A stretch of DNA of 64,000 nucleotides from Alphaproteobacteria bacterium (GCA_030429725.1 JAUIEX010000002.1:5229-69228), one strand, 5' to 3'. Shown: positions 12,057-23,551, counted from the stretch's first letter. The notes: generated from the letters alone by a model not told the origin. Program-made: numbers and translations.

Positions 12057-12380
12057 ATGGATAACCAAAAAATCCGCATTAAGCTGAAAGCATTTGATCA
12101 TCGTTTGCTCGATCAATCAACGCGCGATATTGTTGCAACGGTTCGTCGCACCGGCGCTGTCTCTCGTGGGCCAGTTCCTCTGCCCCGCAACCGGAGCGTA
12201 TTTACCGTTCTTCGTGGCCCTCACGTTAATAAAAAATCACGTGAGCAGTTCGAGATGCGTACGCATACGCGTCTCATTGACATTATTGAAACCAATGCTC
12301 AAACACTCGACGCGCTGGGTCGCCTTGACCTTCCCGCCGGCGTTGAGGTTGATATCCAAATCATGGGGGTACAATCCTAA
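12057..12380 (+). CDS. rpsJ: 30S ribosomal protein S10
   Basis: [17 protein letters not shown]..., 107 aa, first gene of the S10 operon. Confidence 0.96.
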   Translation: MDNQKIRIKLKAFDHRLLDQSTRDIVATVRRTGAVSRGPVPLPRNRSVFTVLRGPHVNKKSREQFEMRTHTRLIDIIETNAQTLDALGRLDLPAGVEVDIQIMGVQS

Positions 12381-13132
12381 TGCGTACAGGTTTAATCACA
12401 AAAAAACTGGGCATGACCCGTCAGTTTGATGTGGAGGGAAATCATATTCCTGTCACATTACTGCAGGTGGCTGATTGTCAGGTTGTTGCACAGCGTCACG
12501 AAGAGAAAGATGGCTACACCGCCATTCAACTGGGCGCGTTCAATAAAACTAAAGTTAAGAATGTTGCCAAGCCGCAGCGTCAGTATTTTGCTAATGCGAA
12601 GATTGAGCCTAAAGAGATTCTGGCTGAATTCCGCGTGGCAAATGATGCGCTGGTGGCCGTGGGCGAAACACTCATCCCAAGTCACTTCATCACCGGTCAG
12701 AAAGTTGATGTTATCGGCACGTCCAAAGGTAAGGGCTTTGCCGGCGCCATGAAGCGCCATAACTTTGCCGGGCTTGAAGCAACGCACGGTGTTTCCATCT
12801 CTCACCGTTCTCATGGTTCAACGGGTCAATGTCAGGATCCCGGTCGCGTTTTCAAAGGCAAGAAAATGGCTGGCCATATGGGCGATGAGCGGGTGACCAC
12901 ACAAGGTCTTGAAATTGTTAGTACAAATGATGAAACTGGTATCATCACCGTTAAAGGTGCTGTTCCCGGCGCGAAAGGTTCCGTTATTTTCCTGCGTGAC
13001 ACTATCAAAAGTTCACGCCCTGAAAATGCGCCCTTCCCTGCTGCGGTTTTAAGCGGCGTGAAAGCAAAAAATGAATCACAAGAACCGGCAGCGGAAGAGC
13101 AATCTTCCGAAGCTGCTCAAGATAACGCGTAA
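12380..13132 (+). CDS. rplC: 50S ribosomal protein L3
   Basis: [17 protein letters not shown]... The start overlaps the rpsJ stop (TAATG). Acidic C-terminal tail. Confidence 0.96.
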   Translation: MRTGLITKKLGMTRQFDVEGNHIPVTLLQVADCQVVAQRHEEKDGYTAIQLGAFNKTKVKNVAKPQRQYFANAKIEPKEILAEFRVANDALVAVGETLIPSHFITGQKVDVIGTSKGKGFAGAMKRHNFAGLEATHGVSISHRSHGSTGQCQDPGRVFKGKKMAGHMGDERVTTQGLEIVSTNDETGIITVKGAVPGAKGSVIFLRDTIKSSRPENAPFPAAVLSGVKAKNESQEPAAEEQSSEAAQDNA

Positions 13133-13144
13133 GGTTGGTAGATT

Positions 13145-13759
13145 ATGAAACTTCCTGTTACGACATTTGATGGCAAAGAATCCGGCGAAGTGACGCTGGA
13201 TAAGTCCATCTTTGGTGCGGAATTCCGTGCTGACATCCTTCACCGCGTTGTGCGCTGGCAGTTAGCCAAGCGCCAATCCGGTCTGCACAAAACAAAAGAG
13301 CGCAACGAAATTAGTGCAACCACTAAAAAGCCGTTCAAGCAGAAAGGCACAGGTAATGCTCGTCAGGGTACGCGCGTTGCTCCTCACCATCGCGGTGGTG
13401 GTGTTGCCCATGGTGCTCGCGTGCGCAGCCATGCTCACGACCTGCCGAAAAAAATTCGCAGCCTGGGGCTTCGTATTGCACTTTCTAAGAAAGTTGCCGA
13501 TGGTTCGGTGACGATTTTAAAAGATGCAGAGCTGAAGAAAGCCAGCACAAAGTCTTTGATTGGCAACAAAAACTTTAATCAAGGCTCCGCCCTTTTGATT
13601 GATGTTAATGTGAATGAGAATTTTGCGAAATCAGCAGCCAATATCCCTGGCTTGAACGCCATTCCCGTTATTGGTGCAAATGTCTATGACATCCTGAAAC
13701 ATCAGCAACTTATTTTAACTTCCGATGCTGTATCTGCACTTGAAGCGAGGCTCAAATGA
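13145..13759 (+). CDS. rplD: 50S ribosomal protein L4
   Basis: 204 aa, L4-like sequence ([26 protein letters not shown]) and operon position. Confidence 0.95.
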   Translation: MKLPVTTFDGKESGEVTLDKSIFGAEFRADILHRVVRWQLAKRQSGLHKTKERNEISATTKKPFKQKGTGNARQGTRVAPHHRGGGVAHGARVRSHAHDLPKKIRSLGLRIALSKKVADGSVTILKDAELKKASTKSLIGNKNFNQGSALLIDVNVNENFAKSAANIPGLNAIPVIGANVYDILKHQQLILTSDAVSALEARLK

Positions 13760-14064
13760 GTAAGAAAATAACCAGCCCTGTTTTATATGATATTATCCGC
13801 ACCCCGGTGGTGACGGAGAAATCTACTTTGTTGGGCGAGTATAATAAGGTGACGTTTAAAGTCGCTAAATCTTCCACCAAGGGCGATGTGAAGCGTGCCG
13901 TTGAAGCTTTGTTTAACGTTAAGGTAACAAACGTTAATACACTGAATCAAGACGGTAAAATCAAGCGCTTCCGTGGCAAGCTTGGGGTTCGCAATAGCTA
14001 TAAGAAAGCCATCGTCACTTTGGCCGAAGGCAATACAATTGACGTGATGGGAGGCGCAAACTAA
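13756..14064 (+). CDS. rplW: 50S ribosomal protein L23
   Basis: [14 protein letters not shown]..., ATGA overlap with rplD. Confidence 0.95.
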   Translation: MSKKITSPVLYDIIRTPVVTEKSTLLGEYNKVTFKVAKSSTKGDVKRAVEALFNVKVTNVNTLNQDGKIKRFRGKLGVRNSYKKAIVTLAEGNTIDVMGGAN

Positions 14065-14900
14065 TGGCGTTAAAATCATTCAAACCAATGACTCCCGGTC
14101 AGCGGGGTTTGATCCTAACGGACAAATCTGAGCTTTATAAAGGCCGCCCGGAGAAAAAATTAACGGAAGGCAAGAAGCGCTCTTCCGGTCGCGATAATTT
14201 TGGTCACATCACCAGCCGCCGTCGCGGCGGTGGTCATAAGCGTCTTTACCGTATTGTTGACTTCAAACGCCACGTTAAACTGGACATTGAGGCAACGGTG
14301 GAGCGCATTGAATACGATCCGAATCGCACTGCACATATTGCTCTGATCAAATATTCCGATGGCGAGGTTGCTTATATTCTTGCTCCTCAGCGTTTAGCGG
14401 CAGGTGATAAAGTGATTGCTTCTGAAGCCGCTGACATCAAGGCTGGCAACTGCCTGAAGCTAAAGAACATTCCTGTTGGAACAGTCTTACACAATGTTGA
14501 AATGAAACCCGGTAAAGGCGGCCAGATTGCACGCTCCGCCGGCTCTTATGTTCAATTAACCGGTAAAGATTCCGGCTTTGCGTTGTTACGCCTGCGCTCC
14601 GGCGAAGTGCGTAAAGTACCTGCAGACTGCTTTGCCACCGTTGGCGCGGTGAGCAATCAGGATCATCAGAACCAGAATTTTGGTAAAGCTGGTCGCGCAC
14701 GCTGGATGGGCAAACGCCCGGCCGTACGTGGTGTTGCAATGAACCCGGTAGATCACCCGCATGGTGGTGGTGAGGGTAAAACCTCCGGTGGCCGTCACCC
14801 TGTCTCACCATGGGGCAAGCCAACGAAGGGTGCGCGCACGCGCTCTCGTAAGAAACAAAGTAATGCGATGATTGTTGTTCGTCGCAAGAATAAGAAATAG
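14064..14900 (+). CDS. rplB: 50S ribosomal protein L2
   Basis: 278 aa with [23 protein letters not shown]. Confidence 0.97.
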   Translation: MALKSFKPMTPGQRGLILTDKSELYKGRPEKKLTEGKKRSSGRDNFGHITSRRRGGGHKRLYRIVDFKRHVKLDIEATVERIEYDPNRTAHIALIKYSDGEVAYILAPQRLAAGDKVIASEAADIKAGNCLKLKNIPVGTVLHNVEMKPGKGGQIARSAGSYVQLTGKDSGFALLRLRSGEVRKVPADCFATVGAVSNQDHQNQNFGKAGRARWMGKRPAVRGVAMNPVDHPHGGGEGKTSGGRHPVSPWGKPTKGARTRSRKKQSNAMIVVRRKNKK

Positions 14901-14915
14901 ATAAGAAGGTTTATT

Positions 14916-15191
14916 ATGCCACGTTCAGTTTGGAAAGGTCCCTTTGTTGACAGCTATCTCTTTAAGAAAGCTGAAGACGTGAAGGCATCAGGAAAGCACA
15001 CCGTGATCAAAACATGGTCACGTCGTTCAACTATTCTTCCACAATTTGTGGGTTTAACTTTCGGCGTTTATAATGGCCGCAAGTTTATTCCCGTGGCTGT
15101 GAGCGAGCAAATGGTTGGGCATAAATTTGGTGAATTCTCCCCTACCCGTACCTACACCGGGCATGGTGCAGATAAAAAAGTAAAGAAGTAA
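14916..15191 (+). CDS. rpsS: 30S ribosomal protein S19
   Basis: [12 protein letters not shown]..., 91 aa. Confidence 0.97.
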   Translation: MPRSVWKGPFVDSYLFKKAEDVKASGKHTVIKTWSRRSTILPQFVGLTFGVYNGRKFIPVAVSEQMVGHKFGEFSPTRTYTGHGADKKVKK

Positions 15192-15202
15192 GCGAGTAAA
15201 TC

Positions 15203-15577
15203 ATGGCGAAGGCAAAACAAGAACGTCGTTTGGCAGATAATGAAGCTTCCGTGAAGTTGCGGAATCTTCGTGTTAGCCCACAGAAACTTAATTTGATTGC
15301 GGAGTCCATTCGTGGCCTTTCCGCCCAGGATGCGCTGACTCAGTTAGACTTTTCACGCAAGGCTGCGGCACGTGACGTTAAGAAAGCGCTCCTTTCCGGC
15401 ATTGCGAATGCTGAGAATAATCACAATCTTGACGTTGATCAGCTGGTGATTAAAGAAGCACATGTTGGCAAGGCACTGGTTATGAAACGCTTTCAGGCGC
15501 GCGCGCGTGGCCGTGGCTATCGTATTCTTAAGCCGTTTAGTCACCTAACCATCATTCTGAAAGAAAGTGAGGCATAG
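15203..15577 (+). CDS. rplV: 50S ribosomal protein L22
   Basis: [20 protein letters not shown]..., 124 aa. Confidence 0.95.
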   Translation: MAKAKQERRLADNEASVKLRNLRVSPQKLNLIAESIRGLSAQDALTQLDFSRKAAARDVKKALLSGIANAENNHNLDVDQLVIKEAHVGKALVMKRFQARARGRGYRILKPFSHLTIILKESEA

Positions 15578-15579
15578 TT

Positions 15580-16251
15580 ATGGGTCAAAAAGTTAATCCA
15601 ATTGGTCTACGCCTTGGCATCAACCGCACGTGGGATTCACGTTGGTATGCCGATGATAAATATGCAAAAATGCTGCATGAAGATCTCAATGTTCGTAAGT
15701 TCATTAATGAGAAACTGAAGGATGGCGGCATTAGTAAGATTGTTATCGAGCGTTCTGCACAAAAAATGCGCGTTACGCTTTATACCTCCAAGCCTGGTAT
15801 TGTTATCGGTAAGAAAGGTGCTGATATTGAGCTGATTCGCAAGAAGCTGGCAAAAATCACCACTGACGAAGTGAATCTTAATATCGTTGAAATTCGTAAG
15901 CCGGAAGTGGATTCAGCCATTGTTGCTCAATCTATCGCCAGCCAGCTGGAGCGCCGTATTGCATTCCGTCGCGCCATTAAACGCTCCTTGCAATCTGCCA
16001 TGCGGATGGGCGCGGAAGGTATTCGTATCAATGTTTCCGGGCGTCTTAACGGTGCAGAAATTGCGCGGATGGAATGGTATCGCGAAGGTCGCGTGCCGCT
16101 TCACACACTGCGTGCGGATATTGATTATGGCTTTGCCGAAGCAAATACCACTTACGGCGTTCTCGGTGTGAAGGTCTGGATCTTTAAAGGCGAGATTCTG
16201 GCGCACGATCCGAGTGCTCATGATAAGCGCATACAGGGAATGCTGAAGTAG
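15580..16251 (+). CDS. rpsC: 30S ribosomal protein S3
   Basis: [24 protein letters not shown]..., 223 aa. Confidence 0.97.
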   Translation: MGQKVNPIGLRLGINRTWDSRWYADDKYAKMLHEDLNVRKFINEKLKDGGISKIVIERSAQKMRVTLYTSKPGIVIGKKGADIELIRKKLAKITTDEVNLNIVEIRKPEVDSAIVAQSIASQLERRIAFRRAIKRSLQSAMRMGAEGIRINVSGRLNGAEIARMEWYREGRVPLHTLRADIDYGFAEANTTYGVLGVKVWIFKGEILAHDPSAHDKRIQGMLK

Positions 16252-16288
16252 CCTTACGCTACCTCTAAGAATTATAAGGATATTTGTC

Positions 16289-16699
16289 ATGTTAATGCCG
16301 AAAAAAACAAAATTTAGAAAAGCTCATAAAGGCCGCATTCATGGCCTTGCGACCACGGGTGCTTCAATTAATTTTGGTCAATATGGCCTGAAGGCACTCG
16401 AGCCGGATCGTATTACTTCCAGGCAGATTGAATCATGTCGCCGGACGATCCAGCGCCACCTGCGCCGGACGGGTAAGTTATGGATCAGAGTGTTCCCGGA
16501 TGTTCCTGTATCCGCCAAGCCGCTTGAGGTTCGTCAGGGTAAAGGTAAAGGTTCCGTAGAATATTGGGCGGCGCGTGTTAAGCCCGGTCGTATTCTGTTT
16601 GAACTGGATGGCATTTCAGAAGAGCTGGCTCGTGGCGCACTGGAACGTGCCGCTGCAAAGTTACCAATTAAAACCAAGTTTGTTGAGCGCGTTGGTTAG
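16289..16699 (+). CDS. rplP: 50S ribosomal protein L16
   Basis: [16 protein letters not shown]..., 136 aa. Confidence 0.97.
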   Translation: MLMPKKTKFRKAHKGRIHGLATTGASINFGQYGLKALEPDRITSRQIESCRRTIQRHLRRTGKLWIRVFPDVPVSAKPLEVRQGKGKGSVEYWAARVKPGRILFELDGISEELARGALERAAAKLPIKTKFVERVG

Positions 16700-16726
16700 T
16701 CGCCAACAAGGAAGCTAAGGGTAAAA

Positions 16727-16924
16727 GTGATGAAAAATGAAGAATTAAAAAGTAAATCTATGGATGAGCTGAAGGAGTTATTGCTTCAGTTTAAAAAGGA
16801 AGCATTCAATTTACGCTTCCAAAAAAGCAGCGGACAGCTTGACAACACGGCACGAGTTCGTGTAGTACGACGCACCGTCGCCCGCATCCGTACCTTGATA
16901 CGTCAGCAAGCGGCTGCGAATTAA
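16727..16924 (+). CDS. rpmC: 50S ribosomal protein L29
   Basis: [27 protein letters not shown]. The start is GTG 16727 or ATG 16730. Confidence 0.93.
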   Translation: MMKNEELKSKSMDELKELLLQFKKEAFNLRFQKSSGQLDNTARVRVVRRTVARIRTLIRQQAAAN

Positions 16925-16974
16925 TTAAGACTACGTTGAAAAATCAACGTATTAGAAAATTTTAGGAGAACACC

Positions 16975-17211
16975 ATGCCACGTCGTATCCTGCAAGGAGT
17001 TGTGACAAGTGATAAGGCCGATAAGACAGTAACGGTCAGAGTTGAGCGTCGCTTGCGCCACCCTCTTTATGGTAAAATCATTCGCCGCTCAAAAAAATAT
17101 GCGGCGCATGATGAAAAAAATGCGTTCAACGTTGGTGATATTGTTCGCATCGCTGAAACACGTCCCATCTCGAAGAATAAATGTTGGGAAGTGCTGGAAG
17201 CCGTTAAGTAA
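16975..17211 (+). CDS. rpsQ: 30S ribosomal protein S17
   Basis: [25 protein letters not shown]..., 78 aa. Confidence 0.96.
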   Translation: MPRRILQGVVTSDKADKTVTVRVERRLRHPLYGKIIRRSKKYAAHDEKNAFNVGDIVRIAETRPISKNKCWEVLEAVK

Positions 17212-17242
17212 TATATTGTAGTGTGATTTAGTAGGGCAAGCC

Positions 17243-17614
17243 ATGATTCAGGTTGAAAGTAGATTAAAAGTTGCCGATAACTCGGGCGCGCGTGAGGTTC
17301 AGTGTATTAAAGTGCTGGGTGGCTCAAAACGTCGTTACGCCCGCATTGGAGACATTATTGTTGTTTCCGTGAAGGATGCAATTCCACGCGGTAAAGTGAA
17401 GAAAGGTGATGTGCATCGCGCCGTTGTTGTTCGCACAAGCAAGGAAACATTGCGTGCAGATGGAACCGCCATTCGTTTTGATACGAATGCAGCAGTTTTA
17501 ATCAACAAAAATAACGGGGAGCCTATCGGCACACGTATTTTTGGCCCCGTAACACGGGAGCTGCGCTCGAAAAAATATATGAAAATCATCTCACTGGCAC
17601 CTGAAGTGCTTTAG
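17243..17614 (+). CDS. rplN: 50S ribosomal protein L14
   Basis: [27 protein letters not shown]... Confidence 0.97.
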   Translation: MIQVESRLKVADNSGAREVQCIKVLGGSKRRYARIGDIIVVSVKDAIPRGKVKKGDVHRAVVVRTSKETLRADGTAIRFDTNAAVLINKNNGEPIGTRIFGPVTRELRSKKYMKIISLAPEVL

Positions 17615-17641
17615 TGAATTGAGTGATTATTAGAGGATAAC

Positions 17642-17959
17642 ATGGCTAAATATCGTTTAAAAAAAGGGGATAAGGTTACCGTCATTGCCGGCAAAGATAA
17701 AGGCAAGCAAGGTGAAATTATCAAAGTGCTGACAAAGAATGACCGCGTTCTGGTCAATGGCGTAAATGTGGCCAAACGCCACACGAAAGCCTCTATGGTT
17801 AGCCAGGGTGGTATTGTGGACAAAAATCTGTCCGTTCATATTTCCAACGTCGCGATCACAGATCCGAAGAGCGATAAGCCTTCGCGCGTTCGATATAAAA
17901 TACTTGAAAATAATGAGAAAGTGCGTATAGCAAAGCGCTCTGGCGAAGTGCTAGCTTAA
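17642..17959 (+). CDS. rplX: 50S ribosomal protein L24
   Basis: [20 protein letters not shown] (KOW motif), 105 aa. Confidence 0.95.
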   Translation: MAKYRLKKGDKVTVIAGKDKGKQGEIIKVLTKNDRVLVNGVNVAKRHTKASMVSQGGIVDKNLSVHISNVAITDPKSDKPSRVRYKILENNEKVRIAKRSGEVLA

Positions 17960-17969
17960 GGAGTATGTT

Positions 17970-18512
17970 ATGCCTGCGCGTTTAAGTGAAAAATACAATA
18001 AGGAAATCAAGCAAGCGATAATGAAAGAGCTTGGCGTGTCGAATGCACATCTGATTCCAAAGATTAAAAAGATATCCGTGAATATGGGTGTTGGCGAAGC
18101 GGCGAATGACGCAAAGCTGATCGATAGCGCTGTCAGAGAGCTGGCGCTGATCACCGGTCAAAAGCCTATTATTACACGTGCGAAGAAGTCCATCGCGGGT
18201 TTCAAGCTGCGTGAAGGTGTGCCGGTGGGCTGTAAGGTAACTCTCCGCAAAGATCGTATGTATGAGTTTATTGACCGTCTGGTGAACATTGCTCTTCCAC
18301 GTACGCGTGACTTTCGTGGCCTTTCTCCGCGCTCTTTTGATCGCAACGGCAACTATACGTTTGGCCTGAAAGAGCAGATCATTTTCCCGGAAGTCAATTA
18401 CGATAAAATTGACAAGGTGCGCGGATTGGACGTGACAATTGTTCTGGATTCCGAATCTAAAGAACATTCATTGGCGCTGTTAAAAGCATTTAACTTCCCG
18501 TTCAGAAAATAG
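17970..18512 (+). CDS. rplE: 50S ribosomal protein L5
   Basis: 180 aa, L5-like ([32 protein letters not shown]). Confidence 0.96.
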   Translation: MPARLSEKYNKEIKQAIMKELGVSNAHLIPKIKKISVNMGVGEAANDAKLIDSAVRELALITGQKPIITRAKKSIAGFKLREGVPVGCKVTLRKDRMYEFIDRLVNIALPRTRDFRGLSPRSFDRNGNYTFGLKEQIIFPEVNYDKIDKVRGLDVTIVLDSESKEHSLALLKAFNFPFRK

Positions 18513-18533
18513 TGAAAGCAGAGGTTTAGAAAA

Positions 18534-18839
18534 ATGGCAAAATCAAGTATGATTCAGCGTGATGTTAGGCGTAAAAAGCTTAATGAAAAATACGGTTTAA
18601 AACGTACCGAATTGAAAGCAAAAGTGATGAATCGCGAGCTTCCGATTGAAGAACGTTTTGAAGCGTCCATGGCGCTTTCCACTTTGCCGCGCAACAGCGC
18701 CGCAAACCGTCAGCGCAATCGCTGCGGCCTGACTGGCCGCCCTCGTGGTTATCACCGCAAATTTAACCTTTCCCGCGTTGCACTGCGTGAACTGGCCTCC
18801 GTTGGGCAGATTCCGGGTGTAACAAAATCAAGCTGGTAA
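18534..18839 (+). CDS. rpsN: 30S ribosomal protein S14
   Basis: [16 protein letters not shown]... ending in W, 101 aa (long form without the zinc motif). Confidence 0.95.
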   Translation: MAKSSMIQRDVRRKKLNEKYGLKRTELKAKVMNRELPIEERFEASMALSTLPRNSAANRQRNRCGLTGRPRGYHRKFNLSRVALRELASVGQIPGVTKSSW

Positions 18840-18863
18840 ACAGATAAAGATATAGAGATTATT

Positions 18864-19262
18864 ATGGCTGCAACAGATCCCATCGCTGATATGCTAACCA
18901 CCATTCGCAACGGTCAGGCCGTTAAGCTTATGGAAGTATCAACGCCATCTTCAAAAGTGAAGCGTGCTATTTTGGACGTGATGAAGGAAGAGGGTTACAT
19001 TAAGGGTTATAGCGAAGAAGAACTTCGCAAGGGCGTTAAGCAGCTGACCATCCAGTTGAGCTATGCGATGGGCAAGGCCGCTATTATGGAGCTTAAGCGT
19101 ATTTCTAAGCCTGGGCGTCGTGTTTATTCAAATGTGCAATCCATGCCTCGTGTGTATAACGGGCTTGGCATTTCCATTCTTTCAACTTCAAAAGGCATTC
19201 TGCCGGATTACAAAGCCAAGCAAGAAAATGTTGCTGGCGAAGTAATTTGTCGCCTTTATTAA
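18864..19262 (+). CDS. rpsH: 30S ribosomal protein S8
   Basis: DPIADMLTTIRNGQ..., 132 aa. Confidence 0.96.
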   Translation: MAATDPIADMLTTIRNGQAVKLMEVSTPSSKVKRAILDVMKEEGYIKGYSEEELRKGVKQLTIQLSYAMGKAAIMELKRISKPGRRVYSNVQSMPRVYNGLGISILSTSKGILPDYKAKQENVAGEVICRLY

Positions 19263-19286
19263 TCGGATTAGTGAACGGAGAGTCTT

Positions 19287-19814
19287 ATGTCCCGCATTGG
19301 CCAAAAACCTGTAGTTTTAAAACCTGGTGTTGAGCTTTCTGTTGATAACTCTGTTGTCACCGTTAAGGGCGCAAAAACATCAATGACTTACCAACTTCCT
19401 GAGAATGTTACATTGTCACAAGAAGAAGGTCAGGTCACGCTTTCCAATGACTCGCAATTAACCCGCGCATTGTGGGGCACGGCACGCTCAAACATTGAGA
19501 ATATGGTTCAGGGTGCTTCCGAAGGTTTCACCATTAAACTGGAAATAAGCGGTGTTGGCTATAAGGCGGCGATCAAAGGCTCCGAACTTGAGCTGGCACT
19601 TGGATTTAGCCACCCCGTTCTGTTTAAAATTCCGGAAGGAATCACCATCGTCTGCCCGAAACCAACAGAGATTGAAATTTCCGGCGCTAATAAGCAGCGC
19701 GTTGGTCAGGTTGCTGCAAATATTCGAAAATACCGCAAACCCGAACCTTATAAAGGCAAGGGAATCAAGTATGAAGGTGAACAAATTCGCCGCAAAGAAG
19801 GTAAGAAGAAGTAA
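19287..19814 (+). CDS. rplF: 50S ribosomal protein L6
   Basis: MSRIGQKPVVLKPGVE..., 175 aa. Confidence 0.96.
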   Translation: MSRIGQKPVVLKPGVELSVDNSVVTVKGAKTSMTYQLPENVTLSQEEGQVTLSNDSQLTRALWGTARSNIENMVQGASEGFTIKLEISGVGYKAAIKGSELELALGFSHPVLFKIPEGITIVCPKPTEIEISGANKQRVGQVAANIRKYRKPEPYKGKGIKYEGEQIRRKEGKKK

Positions 19815-19835
19815 GGATAATAGGAAGGTTTTATT

Positions 19836-20192
19836 ATGGCCGCTCAAGAATCACGTTTTACACGTCGCACACGTCGCACACGCTATGCTCTTAAGCAGCG
19901 TGCCGGCGGCAAGCTGCGCTTGTCTGTTTTCCGTAGCAACAAGCATTTGCATGCACAGATCATTGATGATAGCGCATCTGCAACGCTTGTCTCCGCCTCA
20001 ACAACGGAAACATCTGAGTTCTCAGGCAAGCAAACGGGCGCTGAAAAAGCGGCCAAGCTTGGTGCATTGATTGCCAAACGCGCAAAGGATAAAAAACTAT
20101 CTGATGTTGTGTTCGATCGTGGCGGTTACCGTTATCACGGTCGCGTGAAGCTTCTTGCTGAAGCGGCGCGTGAAGCTGGTTTAAAATTTTAG
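19836..20192 (+). CDS. rplR: 50S ribosomal protein L18
   Basis: [18 protein letters not shown]..., 118 aa. Confidence 0.95.
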   Translation: MAAQESRFTRRTRRTRYALKQRAGGKLRLSVFRSNKHLHAQIIDDSASATLVSASTTETSEFSGKQTGAEKAAKLGALIAKRAKDKKLSDVVFDRGGYRYHGRVKLLAEAAREAGLKF

Positions 20193-20210
20193 GTAGTAAT
20201 TGGGGATATT

Positions 20211-20765
20211 ATGGCATTTGCTGAACAAAACGAAGACGGTATCATTGATAAGCTGGTAGCGATTAATCGCACCGCAAAAGTGGTCAAGGGTGGCCGGCGC
20301 TTTGGCTTTACTGCACTGGTTGTGGTTGGCGATGGTAACGGTCGCGTTGGTTTTGGCAAAGGTAAAGCCAAAGAAGTGATTGACGCTAAACGCAAAGCCT
20401 CTGAAGCTGCCAGAAAATCAATGATCCGCGTGCCGCTACGTGAGGGCCGCACCCTGCATCATGATACGATTGCACGCTCAGGCGCCGGTAAGGTTGTGCT
20501 GCGCGCAGCTCCTGCCGGTACCGGAGTGATCGCAGGCGGGCCGATGCGTGCCGTTTTTGAAGCGCTGGGTGTGAAGGATGTTGTGGCAAAATCAACCGGC
20601 TCTTCCAATGCCTATAACATGGTTCGCGCAACATTTGTGGCTCTCAACAGCATTCAGTCTCCGAAAGCGATTGCCGACCGCCTTAATCGTCGTGTGGGCG
20701 ACCTTATATCCCGCCGGGATGATGGCAGCTCGCATCAGGCAGCTTCTGAAGAAAACGCAGCGTAA
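20211..20765 (+). CDS. rpsE: 30S ribosomal protein S5
   Basis: [41 protein letters not shown]..., 184 aa. Confidence 0.96.
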   Translation: MAFAEQNEDGIIDKLVAINRTAKVVKGGRRFGFTALVVVGDGNGRVGFGKGKAKEVIDAKRKASEAARKSMIRVPLREGRTLHHDTIARSGAGKVVLRAAPAGTGVIAGGPMRAVFEALGVKDVVAKSTGSSNAYNMVRATFVALNSIQSPKAIADRLNRRVGDLISRRDDGSSHQAASEENAA

Positions 20766-20793
20766 TAAAGATTTTTGACTTAGAGAGATAATC

Positions 20794-20979
20794 ATGGCAA
20801 AAACTCAAACCATTAAAATAACCCAGACTGGCAGCCCAATTGGTCGCCGTAAAGATCAGCGTGCAACGTTGATTGGTCTCGGTCTGAATAAAATGCACCG
20901 TACTGTTGAGGTTGAAGATACAGCTGCAACGCGCGGTATGATCGAAAAAGTACATCACCTGATTCAGGTGGGTGAATAA
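20794..20979 (+). CDS. rpmD: 50S ribosomal protein L30
   Basis: [28 protein letters not shown]..., 61 aa. Confidence 0.95.
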   Translation: MAKTQTIKITQTGSPIGRRKDQRATLIGLGLNKMHRTVEVEDTAATRGMIEKVHHLIQVGE

Positions 20980-21001
20980 TTAAAGCTATATGGAGCTTGC
21001 T

Positions 21002-21526
21002 ATGTCTTCTTTACTCAACACATTATCCGATAATGATGGCGCAACGTATAAATCCAAGCGCAAGGGGCGTGGTATTGGCTCCGGTAAAGGCAAAACGGCA
21101 GGGCGTGGCCTCAAAGGCCAAAAGTCCCGCTCCGGTGTTGCCGTTAAGGGTTTTGAAGGCGGGCAAATGCCTATTTTCCGTCGCCTTCCTAAGCGTGGTT
21201 TCACCAATTATACCCGCAAAGAATTTGAAGTTGTTAACTTTGAGCGGCTGGAACTTTTTATCAGCGAGAAAAAAATAAAAGCCACCGATATCACGCTGCA
21301 AACTTTGAAAGATGCCGGCCTGATAACCGGTGATAAAGATGGCGTTAAGTTGCTTGCCAAAGGTGAACTTAAAAGCAAAATTAGCATCACCGTGGATGCC
21401 GCTTCGGAAGCTGCAAGAAATGCGGTTGAGAAAGCGGGTGGCACGCTGAATCTGACTGAGAAAGCACCCCGGAAAGCTGAAAAGAAAGCAGCCACTTCTA
21501 AGAAATTGCGCCAGACCCGAACCTTC
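21002..21526 (+). CDS. rplO: 50S ribosomal protein L15, with no stop codon of its own (frame continues into secY)
   Basis: GGAG lies 6 nt upstream of ATG 21002. Sequence MSSLLNTLSDNDGATYKSKRKGRGIGSGKGKTAGRGLKGQKSRSG is canonical L15. After ...AVEKAGGTLNL the frame continues TEKAPRKAEKKAATSKKLRQTRTF straight into the SecY Met at 21527. The end coordinate given is only the last codon before secY. Confidence 0.85.
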
Positions 21527-22876
21527 ATGGCACGCTCATCAAAGAACAATCAAGCGTTTGACGTTTCTGTTTTAAGTCAGGCAACCGAGCTGAAGAAGCG
21601 TATTTGGTTTGTTTTGGCGGCATTGGTTATCTACCGCATTGGAACCTATGTTCCGCTACCAAGTGTCGATTCACGTGTTTTAACTGAATTGTTTAAACAG
21701 CAATCCGGTGGCCTGCTTGATATTTTCAATATGTTTTCCGGTGGCGCACTTGGTCGTATGACCATTTTTGCCCTTAATATCATGCCCTATATTACGGTCT
21801 CTATCATCATGCAGTTGATGACGGTGATGTCCCCTGCCCTGACGGCGCTTAAAAAAGAAGGCGAAGCCGGGCGGCAAAAAATCAATCAATATACACGTTA
21901 TGGCACGGTGCTCATGGCGGCCTTTCAGGGTTTTGGTATTGCACTTTTCTTGGAGGGCATGCGCAGCGGCACACAAACGGTTGTCATCGATCCCGGCTTT
22001 TTATTCAGATTAACCACTATTGTTTCTTTGGTTGGCGGTACATTATTCCTGATGTGGCTGGGAGAGCAAATTACCTCTCGCGGTATTGGTAACGGCATCT
22101 CACTGATTATCTTTACAGGGATCGTTGCGGAACTTCCACGCGCCATTGCCGGCACGTTTGAGCTGGGGCGCACCGGCGCATTATCCACGGCCATTATCCT
22201 GCTTGTCATGGTACTGGCGCTTGTGCTTATCGCGTTTATCGTGCTGATGGAGCGTGCTCAGCGTCGTGTTCTGGTGCAATACCCAAAACGTCAGATGGGC
22301 AATAAGCAGTTTGATGGGCAAAGCTCACATCTGCCAATCAAACTTAACCCTGCAGGGGTTATTCCGCCTATTTTTGCCAGTTCGCTTCTTCTCTTCCCTG
22401 CGACAATTTCAGGCTTTGCCTCTTCTCGTGGCGCTGAAATTGGCCCTGTTTTAGAGAATATTGCCCTCTATCTTGGGCATGGCAAACCACTTTATATTCT
22501 GGCTTATGTCAGCCTTATCACCTTTTTCTGCTTTTTCTATGCCAAGCATGTGTTCAATATGGACGATACCGCAGATATGCTGAAGCGCAATGGTGGTTTT
22601 ATTCCTGGCATTCGCCCCGGCGAGAAAACCAAACAATTCTTAGATAAAATCATGAACCGCCTGATTGTCATTGGCGCTGCTTATATTTCGCTGGTCTGTG
22701 TGATTCCTGAAATATTAATTTCTCAATATTCCGTTCCTTTTTACCTTGGCGGAACCAGCCTTCTGATTGTGGTGAATGTTGTTCTGGACACCATGACGCA
22801 GGTTCAATCACATCTTTTTGCACATCAATATGATGGGCTTATCAAGAAAGCTAAACTGAAAGGGAGGCGGCGTTGA
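21527..22876 (+). CDS. secY: Preprotein translocase subunit SecY
   Basis: The 449-aa segment starting MARSSKNNQAFDVSVLSQATELKKRIWFVLAALVIYRIGTYVPLPSVD matches a SecY N-terminus. It is in the same frame as rplO (ORF 20990..22876). Confidence 0.93.
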   Translation: MARSSKNNQAFDVSVLSQATELKKRIWFVLAALVIYRIGTYVPLPSVDSRVLTELFKQQSGGLLDIFNMFSGGALGRMTIFALNIMPYITVSIIMQLMTVMSPALTALKKEGEAGRQKINQYTRYGTVLMAAFQGFGIALFLEGMRSGTQTVVIDPGFLFRLTTIVSLVGGTLFLMWLGEQITSRGIGNGISLIIFTGIVAELPRAIAGTFELGRTGALSTAIILLVMVLALVLIAFIVLMERAQRRVLVQYPKRQMGNKQFDGQSSHLPIKLNPAGVIPPIFASSLLLFPATISGFASSRGAEIGPVLENIALYLGHGKPLYILAYVSLITFFCFFYAKHVFNMDDTADMLKRNGGFIPGIRPGEKTKQFLDKIMNRLIVIGAAYISLVCVIPEILISQYSVPFYLGGTSLLIVVNVVLDTMTQVQSHLFAHQYDGLIKKAKLKGRRR

Positions 22877-23475
22877 CATCTATTATTCTATTTGGCCCTC
22901 CTGGCGCAGGTAAAGGCACTCAGGCCGCTATCCTTATGGATAAGTATGGCATCCCCCAGCTTTCAACCGGAGACATGCTCCGCGCTGCTGTCAGCGCCGG
23001 CACGCCACTTGGCAAGGAAGTGGAAGGGGTGATGAAAGCCGGCGGCCTGGTCTCCGATGAAACTATCATTGCCATGATCGCCGAGCGCATTCAGGACTCT
23101 GATTGTGCCAACGGCTATCTGCTTGATGGCTTTCCACGCACTGCGGCACAAGCCAAGGCACTGGATGAAATGCTCCTGAACAATAGCACGAAAATTGATT
23201 TTATCATTGATATGCAGGTGCCGGATAACGAGCTGAAAAGCCGTTCGGCCAAACGCGCGCAAGAGGCTGTTGCCGCCGGCGAAGAGCCTCGCCCGGATGA
23301 TAATCCGGAAGTGTTTAGCGCGCGTTTACAGACCTATCGTGATCAAACCCTGCCCGTTCTGGACTATTATAGACACACGGCGCAAGGTCGTCTGCACACT
23401 GTGGATGGCACGCAACCTATCGAAACCGTAACAAAATCCATTGAAACAATTGTAAATAATAAAGTGGAAGCGTGA
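22873..23475 (+). CDS. adk: Adenylate kinase
   Basis: IILFGPPGAGKGTQA P-loop, 200 aa. The TTG start overlaps the secY stop (TTGA). Confidence 0.93.
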   Translation: MTSIILFGPPGAGKGTQAAILMDKYGIPQLSTGDMLRAAVSAGTPLGKEVEGVMKAGGLVSDETIIAMIAERIQDSDCANGYLLDGFPRTAAQAKALDEMLLNNSTKIDFIIDMQVPDNELKSRSAKRAQEAVAAGEEPRPDDNPEVFSARLQTYRDQTLPVLDYYRHTAQGRLHTVDGTQPIETVTKSIETIVNNKVEA

Positions 23476-23483
23476 TTTATTGA

Positions 23484-23511
23484 TTGACTTCCGCCAATCA
23501 ATCGTTATGTT
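23484..23511 (+). promoter_or_regulatory. Sigma70-like promoter upstream of rpsM
   Basis: TTGACT (23484..23489), a 16-nt spacer, then TATGTT (23506..23511), in the 76-nt adk-rpsM spacer. Confidence 0.3.
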
Positions 23512-23551
23512 TCGCTCTCTTAATTTTTAAGTCAGTGTAAGGAGAAGCATC

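Noticed and set aside
12094-12429. Alternative-frame ORFs overlapping ribosomal protein genes (e.g. 12094..12429, 8323..8721, 19552..20070).
   Set aside because: They are out of frame with canonical, highly conserved ribosomal proteins. They have no independent support.
23476-23551. Absence of rpmJ (L36) and infA between adk and rpsM, and of rpsD in the alpha operon.
   Set aside because: This gene order (secY-adk-rpsM-rpsK-rpoA-rplQ) is normal for alphaproteobacteria. The 76-nt spacer has no ORF. It is not an anomaly.
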